32,000 bases of DNA from Synechococcus elongatus PCC 6301 (GTDB lineage Bacteria; Cyanobacteriota; Cyanobacteriia; Synechococcales; Synechococcaceae): contig NC_006576.1 of the NCBI RefSeq assembly GCF_000010065.1, forward strand, positions 2,348,051 through 2,380,050. Reading direction: 5' to 3'. Made by a program: the position numbers and the translations under genes. Positions 26,185 to 32,000 of the stretch are shown piece after piece. The notes beneath the pieces were generated by a model. It was not told the origin of the DNA, ran no database searches, and saw nothing but the letters and a program-made list of their open reading frames with translations. How positions within the stretch are numbered: the first letter of the stretch is position 1; each line of letters starts with the position of its first letter.

Positions 26185-27468
26185 ATGACCGTTTTTGCCC
26201 AAGCTCACGCCCGCCTCGGTCTGGCTTGTTTGTTGGTGTCAATCACAGCCTCGGGCTGTCAGATCTTGCCGCCAAGCTCTGCTCAAACCAATCGGGAGCA
26301 GCAGCGATCGCCCATCACTGCGGTGGATGCTGCGGTAGTTGAACGGCAACCCCTCCAAGAAGCCACCCGGTACACCGGCACGACGGAACCTTTCCAATCT
26401 GTGTCGCTGCGGGCTCAAGTTGAAGGTCAAGTGCTGGGGCTTTCCGTCGATGTGGGGGATCCAGTTCAGTCGGGGCAGTTACTCGCCCGCCTAGACGATC
26501 GCCTGCAAAGCACCGCGGTAGTTGCGGCAGCGGCAGAAGTGGCGGCTCGTCAGTCTGAAGTGGCTAGCCAAAGAGCTGAGGTGATTGCTGCTATGGCCTC
26601 CGTCGAGCAAGCTCGCCTCCAGCTCCAACAGGCCCGATCCGATGCAGCCCGCCTAACGCGCCTGTTTCAGGCGGGAGCAATTTCTGCGCAGGAAGCTGAA
26701 ACAGCTCAGACTGCCGTATTGACGGCCGAACAAGCGGTTCGCACTGCCCAACAACAGGTGCAAACCCGTCAACAGGCTGTGGCGGCGGCTGAACGTCGGG
26801 TGGTTGCCCAACAGGCGATCGCCAACCAAGAACAGGCGCGGCGCAACTTCACGCAGCTGATTGCGCCGGTCACCGGTCTGGTTTTAGAGCGCAGTACGGA
26901 AGCAGGTAACCTCGCTCGTGAGGGCGATGAGATTCTCACGATTGGCGACTTTAGCCGCATCAAAGTTGTCCTGCGTGTCTCTGAGCTAGAACTTGCCAAC
27001 CTGCGGGTTGGACAGTCCGTCCAAGTCCGACTGGATGCTTTTCCCAAGCAGACCTTTACGGGGCAAATCAGCCGGATTGCGCCGGTAGCTGATCGCCGAA
27101 CCCGGCTGATTCCTGTGGAAATTACCATGCCTAATCCTGATGGTCGGATAGGCAGCGGTTTATTGGCGCGGGTGGTACTGTCCAGCAGTGCGCCTGACCC
27201 GATCGTCGTCCCTGAAGCGGCGCTCTCGACCGGGGAGACGCCCACTACAAGCGATCGCGGCACTGTGTTCGTCGTCAAAAAGCAAGGCGATCGCACCACC
27301 ACCGAAGCGCGATCGGTGCGGTTAGGACCTCGGGCCGATGGCCGTGTGGTCATTCAAAGCGGCTTACAAGCGGGTGAAACGATCGTGGTGCGCAGTGCCA
27401 GTCCTCTCAAAGCGGGCCAGCAGGTTCGCCTCAGCATTCTGTCCACAGCGGGAGACCAGAACGGATGA
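26185..27468 (+). CDS. RND efflux periplasmic adaptor (HlyD/membrane fusion protein), predicted lipoprotein
   Basis: Likely start MTVFAQAHARLG at 26185; lipobox SITASGC; VSLRAQVEGQVLGLSVDVGDPVQSGQLLARLDDR, long coiled hairpin, RRNFTQLIAPVTGLVLERSTEAGNLAREGDEILTI. Confidence 0.92.
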   Translation: MTVFAQAHARLGLACLLVSITASGCQILPPSSAQTNREQQRSPITAVDAAVVERQPLQEATRYTGTTEPFQSVSLRAQVEGQVLGLSVDVGDPVQSGQLLARLDDRLQSTAVVAAAAEVAARQSEVASQRAEVIAAMASVEQARLQLQQARSDAARLTRLFQAGAISAQEAETAQTAVLTAEQAVRTAQQQVQTRQQAVAAAERRVVAQQAIANQEQARRNFTQLIAPVTGLVLERSTEAGNLAREGDEILTIGDFSRIKVVLRVSELELANLRVGQSVQVRLDAFPKQTFTGQISRIAPVADRRTRLIPVEITMPNPDGRIGSGLLARVVLSSSAPDPIVVPEAALSTGETPTTSDRGTVFVVKKQGDRTTTEARSVRLGPRADGRVVIQSGLQAGETIVVRSASPLKAGQQVRLSILSTAGDQNG

Positions 27469-30400
27469 GCCCAACGCCGCCTCCGAAGCTCAGCCTCAGC
27501 GGGCTTTCGATTCGTCGCCACATCGGTACCCTGATGCTGACCTTGGCCACAGTGGTTGTGGCAGTCTTTCTTGTCAGTCGGCTTCAGGTCGATCTCTTGC
27601 CGTCGATCACCTATCCGCGAATTGGGGTGCGGCTGACGGCACCGGGACTGGCGCCGGAAATCGCCGTGGAAGAAGTCACCAAGCCCCTCGAAGAATCGCT
27701 CTCGGCGACTGAAGGGGTAGTGCAAATCTTCTCGCGCACCCGCGAAGGCGATGTCAGCATTGACCTCTTCTTCGAGCCGGGAGGAAACATTGACCAAGCC
27801 CTCAACGATGCGACGGCCACCTTCAACCGGGCCCGATCGCGGCTCCCCGAGGGCATTGAAGAGGCACGACTATTCAAGTTCGACCCATCCCAGTTGCCGG
27901 TCTACGAGTTTGCCCTTTCCTCCACTGAGCGATCGCCCCAGGAATTGCGCCTGCTTGCCGAAGAAGAACTGGCCCGAGAGCTGACCTTGCTGCCAGGGGT
28001 CGCAGCGGTTGATGTCACCGGCGGTCTCGAGGAGGAAGTGCGGGTTCTGCTCGACCCCGATCGCCTGCAGGCTTTAGGCATTGGGCTGGAGACCGTCCTC
28101 AATGAATTGCAAGAGAGTAACCAAGATGTTTCTGGTGGCCGACTGCTGGGCAGTGCTGAGCCCCTGACGCGGACAACAGGACGTTTTCAAGACGCCCAAG
28201 ACATTTTAGATCTGACCTTCGAACGAGCGGGTAGCGAAACCGATCCGTCCCAGCAGTTACGGCTGCGAGACTTTGCCCAGGTCATTGACGGCAGCGCTGA
28301 GCAGCGGATTTTCGTCAGCCTCAATGGTCAGCCAGCCGTCAAGGTTAGCGTCCAGAAACAGCCGGAAGCCAACACGATCGCGGTTGTTGACGCTGTTAAA
28401 CAGCGCTTGAACCAACTTCAGGCCAATCAAGTCCTCGGCGAAGGAGTGCAGGTATTGCCGACCTTGGATGAGTCGATTTTTATTCAAAATGCGATCGGTA
28501 ATGTCACCAGCTCCGGTCTGGCTGGGGCTGGCCTTGCCGCGCTGGCGGTACTGCTCTTCCTCGGCTCTTGGCGGCAGACCCTGATCATCGTGATTTCAAT
28601 TCCGCTGGCGACGCTGGCCGCGATCGTGATGATGCGACTAGCGGGCTTCTCCCTCAACATCTTCAGCTTGGGCGGACTGGCACTGGGCGTTGGCATTGTT
28701 GTCGATAACTCGATCGTCATGTTGGAGACCATCGCCGATGGCGTTGGCATCACCCCTGGTCGCGATAGCCGCAGTCTGCTTTCGCCGCGACAGGTGATTG
28801 AGCGGGCGATCGACAGCAGTCAAAAAGTTGAGTCAGCCCTGATTGCTTCAACGACCACCAACTTAGTGGCGGTACTACCCTTTTTGATGCTGGGTGGCTT
28901 TATTTCCCTGCTGTTCAGTGAGCTGATTCTGACGATCAGTTTTGCCGTGGCGGCTTCAATTTTGGTGGCGCTGACGGTTGTGCCGGCTATGGCCTCGCGA
29001 CTGTTGGCTCGCAAGGAAACCAGTGGTCTCGATCGCTGGCCCCCGCTGCTGGCCTTTCAGCACCAATTTGCTCGACTGCAAACGGCCTATGGTCAGGTGC
29101 TCCAGCGTCTGATCAACCGGCCGCTGCGCACGATCGCGATCGCTTTTCTCGTCTTGGGTCTGAGTGGCGCCTCCTTGCTGGGCCAGCTCTCCCAGGAGAT
29201 TCTGCCTCGGATTAATACAGGCCAAGCGCAGCTCTTTGTCCAGTTCCCACCAGGTACTCCCTTGGTGGACAACCAACGGGTGATGGCGGCGATCGAGCAG
29301 TTGATCCTCGAGCAACCCGAAACAGACTATGCCTTTTCGACGATTGGGGGCTCCCTGTTTGGGGCCAATACGACCACCAACGTTCTACGCAGTTCCAGCA
29401 CAATCACGCTGAAACCTGGCAGTGATGTCGATCAGTTTGTTGAACGACTGACGCCCGCCTTCAACCAACTCAATTTGGTGGATACCTTGGTGCGGGTCAC
29501 CCCAGGCTCAGTACGCGGTTTGATCACCAATAACTCGCCGCTACGCGGTGCCGATATCGACGTCATTCTCCAGAGTGAAGATCGCGAACAACTGGCGATC
29601 GCGGGTGAACAGGTGATGCGAGCTCTGGGGCAAGCGCAACTCGCCCGCTATCGACCCGACAGCGATCGCCGCGAACCAGAATTGCGAATCCAGCTCGATC
29701 GCGAACGAGCAGCGGCTCTCGGCCTGAATCCCAGTCGCGTGGGCAATACAATTCAAACCGCGATTGAAGGTTCGATACCAACCCGTCTACAGCGGGGCGA
29801 TCGCCTGGTGGATGTGCGGGTGGAAGTTGCCAACACGGCCATCAATACGCCGGCTCAATTGCTGCAGCTGCCGCTGTTTAGCAACACGGGCTCGCTGATT
29901 CGCCTCAATGACATTGCCCGTCTTGAGACGGGGGCTGCCCCCTCCGAAATTCAGCGGATTAACCAACGACAGGTCTTCCAAATTGCCGGCAACCTCAGTC
30001 AAGGTGCCAGCTTGAGTGCTGCGATCGCAGAGGCTGAGCGCCTGATTGACTCCGTCGATCTCCCCTCGGGAGTCAGTTTGTTGCCCAGTAGCGCTGCCGA
30101 GAGCAACCGGCAGTTGCAGGCCAGTCTGCCGATTCTGGGTGGCTTGGCTGGCTTCTTGGTCTACGTGGTCATGGCGGTGCAGTACAACTCGCTGATCGAT
30201 CCGCTAGTGATCATGTTCACGCTGCCTCTGGCCTTAGCCGGTGGCATCCTGGGGCTCTACTTCACGAACACCGCGATCGGTGCAACGGTCGTCGTTGGGG
30301 TGGTGCTACTGGTTGGGATCGTCGTCAATAACGCGATCATCCTGGTGGAACTGGCCAATCAACTGCGGGAAGAGCAGGGCTGCGATCGCCGCTCGGCCAT

Positions 30401-30719
30401 ACTGCAAGCGGCCCCGCAACGCCTTCGCCCCGTGCTGATGACGACACTCACTACCGTGCTGGGGATGTTGCCCTTGGCGCTGGGCATTGGTCAGGGCAGT
30501 GAGTTCCTGCAACCGCTGGGGATTGTCGTTTTCTCGGGGCTCTCCCTGGCAACGGTGCTAACCCTGCTGGTCATTCCCTGCTTCTACGTGCTGCTCCATG
30601 GGCTTGCTGAGCGCTGGACCCAGCATCCTTTGACAGTGACGGCCCTGCCGTTCGTGCCCGGGGGGCTGCCGCGTCCTTCGGTGGGCTCCACAGCAGACAA
30701 GTCCTCGATTGACCCCTAG
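27465..30719 (+). CDS. RND-family efflux transporter, inner-membrane pump (AcrB/AcrD/AcrF superfamily)
   Basis: 1084 aa; LPSITYPRIGVRLTAPGLAPEIAVEEVTKPLEE, GGLALGVGIVVDNSIVMLETI, FPPGTPLVDNQRVM, GVVLLVGIVVNNAIILVELAN; ATGA overlap with the adaptor. Confidence 0.95.
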   Translation: MSPTPPPKLSLSGLSIRRHIGTLMLTLATVVVAVFLVSRLQVDLLPSITYPRIGVRLTAPGLAPEIAVEEVTKPLEESLSATEGVVQIFSRTREGDVSIDLFFEPGGNIDQALNDATATFNRARSRLPEGIEEARLFKFDPSQLPVYEFALSSTERSPQELRLLAEEELARELTLLPGVAAVDVTGGLEEEVRVLLDPDRLQALGIGLETVLNELQESNQDVSGGRLLGSAEPLTRTTGRFQDAQDILDLTFERAGSETDPSQQLRLRDFAQVIDGSAEQRIFVSLNGQPAVKVSVQKQPEANTIAVVDAVKQRLNQLQANQVLGEGVQVLPTLDESIFIQNAIGNVTSSGLAGAGLAALAVLLFLGSWRQTLIIVISIPLATLAAIVMMRLAGFSLNIFSLGGLALGVGIVVDNSIVMLETIADGVGITPGRDSRSLLSPRQVIERAIDSSQKVESALIASTTTNLVAVLPFLMLGGFISLLFSELILTISFAVAASILVALTVVPAMASRLLARKETSGLDRWPPLLAFQHQFARLQTAYGQVLQRLINRPLRTIAIAFLVLGLSGASLLGQLSQEILPRINTGQAQLFVQFPPGTPLVDNQRVMAAIEQLILEQPETDYAFSTIGGSLFGANTTTNVLRSSSTITLKPGSDVDQFVERLTPAFNQLNLVDTLVRVTPGSVRGLITNNSPLRGADIDVILQSEDREQLAIAGEQVMRALGQAQLARYRPDSDRREPELRIQLDRERAAALGLNPSRVGNTIQTAIEGSIPTRLQRGDRLVDVRVEVANTAINTPAQLLQLPLFSNTGSLIRLNDIARLETGAAPSEIQRINQRQVFQIAGNLSQGASLSAAIAEAERLIDSVDLPSGVSLLPSSAAESNRQLQASLPILGGLAGFLVYVVMAVQYNSLIDPLVIMFTLPLALAGGILGLYFTNTAIGATVVVGVVLLVGIVVNNAIILVELANQLREEQGCDRRSAILQAAPQRLRPVLMTTLTTVLGMLPLALGIGQGSEFLQPLGIVVFSGLSLATVLTLLVIPCFYVLLHGLAERWTQHPLTVTALPFVPGGLPRPSVGSTADKSSIDP

Positions 30720-30745
30720 GAGCAGACTGCAGCAACCTGCGATCG

Positions 30746-31177
30746 CTAGTAACCGCCAGTGGTTGGCTCAAAGGCTGATTGCTGAGCGGTTTTCCAGTAG
30801 CGAGAGAAGCGCTTCAGATCGACATAGCCCTCGATCGCTGCAAACTCTGGCCCATCGCAAATCTCGAGGTTAAAGTCCGCTTCGATCGCATCGGCGATCT
30901 GGTTGAAGCGGGGACTGGGGCTGTCGGTAGTCGCAATGCAATCCGCTCCATGGGCTTGGGCAAAGCGCCGCAGTTCTGTGGCCGGATCACCACGCCGGAT
31001 CGTGACGGGCAACTCCAGCAGACATTCGTAGATGAAGACGACGCGCTTGAGGCTGATCTGCCAGTCCTTGAGCAAAGAGTCATCCCAGACCCAAAGCGCC
31101 GGAGCTTTGGGATGGCGCAGGAGAGCGGGGTTTTGGGGGCTGAGGGCATCCCCGTGGATCCAGACAATTGGTTTCAT
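30746..31177 (-). CDS. Stand-alone photolyase-like N-terminal alpha/beta domain protein
   Basis: MKPIVWIHGDALSPQNPAL...APALWVWDDSLL...LPVTIRRGDPATELRRFAQAHGADCIATTDSPSPRFNQIADAIE resembles the antenna-binding alpha/beta domain of photolyases; only 143 aa. Confidence 0.7.
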   Translation of the reverse strand: MKPIVWIHGDALSPQNPALLRHPKAPALWVWDDSLLKDWQISLKRVVFIYECLLELPVTIRRGDPATELRRFAQAHGADCIATTDSPSPRFNQIADAIEADFNLEICDGPEFAAIEGYVDLKRFSRYWKTAQQSAFEPTTGGY

Positions 31178-31180
31178 GGT

Positions 31181-32000
31181 TTAGCGCTGGCGAGAGTTAG
31201 AGCGATCGCGGTGCCAGCGTCCGCCTTGGCGGGGTTGGTCGCGAAATTCGGCCTTGGGAAAGAGCTGATCGGCGAGCTCGTCGTAGCTGCCGTCAAAGGG
31301 ACAGCGATCGCGGCTGGGGCAATCCTGACAATCGCGATCGCCGTTGTAGCGCTGCAGGTTCTCGCGGTTAAACCAGTAGGGCTTGGTGCTGAAGGTGCTG
31401 GCTACCCACTGCCACGAGAGGTTATTGCTGGCGGGGTCGCCATCGAGTAAATGCTGAAGAAACCAGCGCGCACCCGCCTGCCAGCGAATGCGCCGCCAAT
31501 GCACCAGATAGGCCGCCATCCACATGCGGGCATGGTTATGCAGGTATCCAGTCTCCTTCAGTTCACGACTGAAGCGATCCATGCAGGCTAAGCCTGTCTC
31601 AGCCGCTTGTAGGTCAGGCGGAAGCGCCTCGCTGTATTGTTGGCTGTCCCAGCCGGTTTTGTAGGGCTCACGATCGCGCCAAATGCGATCGCCCCACTCC
31701 CAATAGATCCGTTGCCAGTAGTCGCGCCAAGCCAGTTCCGTAATCAGTTTTTCGCCATCACTGCGCTGGCGAATTTGAGCCAAGACGCGATCGCGGACGG
31801 TTGCCAAACTAAGAACGCCGTGGCGAATGTAGGGCGACAGGCGTGTCACTGCACCGTCCAAAAAGTTGCGGCTTTTGCCATAGCGCAGCGGGTTGATCGC
31901 CTCGAGCTGAGCGATCGCGGCTTGATAGCCGCCTGGGATGGGACTGACCTGGGCATCCACGGCCGCCGCTTCTGGAAATTGCTGCTGCAGATAGTCGATC
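31181..32000 (-). CDS. Photolyase/cryptochrome-family FAD-binding domain protein, 5' end beyond window
   Basis: AWRDYWQRIYWEWG, RELKETGYLHNHARMWMAAYLVHW, DGDPASNNLSWQWVASTFSTKPYWFNRENL, CQDCPSRDRC. The frame stays open past the GTG at 31960 (IDYLQQQFPEAAA|VDAQVSP...), so the reported start may be internal. Confidence 0.85.
   Translation of the reverse strand, partial: IDYLQQQFPEAAAVDAQVSPIPGGYQAAIAQLEAINPLRYGKSRNFLDGAVTRLSPYIRHGVLSLATVRDRVLAQIRQRSDGEKLITELAWRDYWQRIYWEWGDRIWRDREPYKTGWDSQQYSEALPPDLQAAETGLACMDRFSRELKETGYLHNHARMWMAAYLVHWRRIRWQAGARWFLQHLLDGDPASNNLSWQWVASTFSTKPYWFNRENLQRYNGDRDCQDCPSRDRCPFDGSYDELADQLFPKAEFRDQPRQGGRWHRDRSNSRQR

Noticed and set aside
25952-26242. 96-aa minus-strand ORF in the intergenic region before the RND adaptor
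   Set aside because: Basic, Arg/Ser-rich translation without family features and overlapping the adaptor's start; more likely regulatory DNA.
26769-27797. Minus-strand ORFs of 194 aa and 147 aa and plus-strand ORF 27338-27712
   Set aside because: Shadow frames of the adaptor and RND pump genes; low-complexity Ser/Arg/Thr-rich translations.
30779-31450. 223-aa plus-strand ORF opposite the photolyase-like pair
   Set aside because: It has hydrophobic Ala/Val-rich runs that look membrane-like, but this arises from antisense reading of conserved photolyase codons; the minus-strand genes have convincing motifs.
30746-32000. Frameshifted photolyase pseudogene explanation
   Set aside because: The FAD-binding part is upstream of the alpha/beta part in transcription order, the opposite of fused photolyases, so a simple frameshift or sequencing error cannot explain it.
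1-32000. CRISPR array, defence island, transposon or prophage
   Set aside because: No regularly spaced repeats, transposase, integrase, terminase or recognised defence proteins; the dispersed GCGATCGC copies are HIP1 octamers, not CRISPR repeats.

Overview
This window looks like an ordinary cyanobacterial chromosome, and gene content and order are consistent with Synechococcus elongatus (PCC 7942/6301 type). That species call comes from recognising protein families and the very frequent HIP1 octamer GCGATCGC, not from a search. Left to right: the 3' end of argJ; a 2OG-Fe(II) oxygenase-like gene; a LivM/LivG ABC transporter pair; trhO and labA (translationally coupled, minus strand); a membrane-anchored hypothetical; a GH57 branching enzyme; a minus-strand recJ / GT4 glycosyltransferase / methyltransferase group; a coupled plus-strand cbbY-like / rfaE2-like / gun4 trio; psbU; nadB; a small membrane protein; a MoxR/DUF58/transglutaminase operon; a glycine-rich membrane protein; tldD; trmL; a minus-strand response regulator / histidine kinase / YHS-domain gene set; a plus-strand RND efflux adaptor and pump; and two adjacent minus-strand genes encoding the separated halves of a photolyase/cryptochrome-like protein. 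I found no CRISPR array, transposase, prophage, tRNA or rRNA. The most interesting points are the split, order-inverted photolyase-like pair at the right edge; a 3.8-kb HIP1-free, AT-rich segment carrying the two-component system and YHS gene; the labA-trhO coupling; the gun4 coupling to sugar-phosphate genes; and several strong inverted repeats in intergenic DNA.
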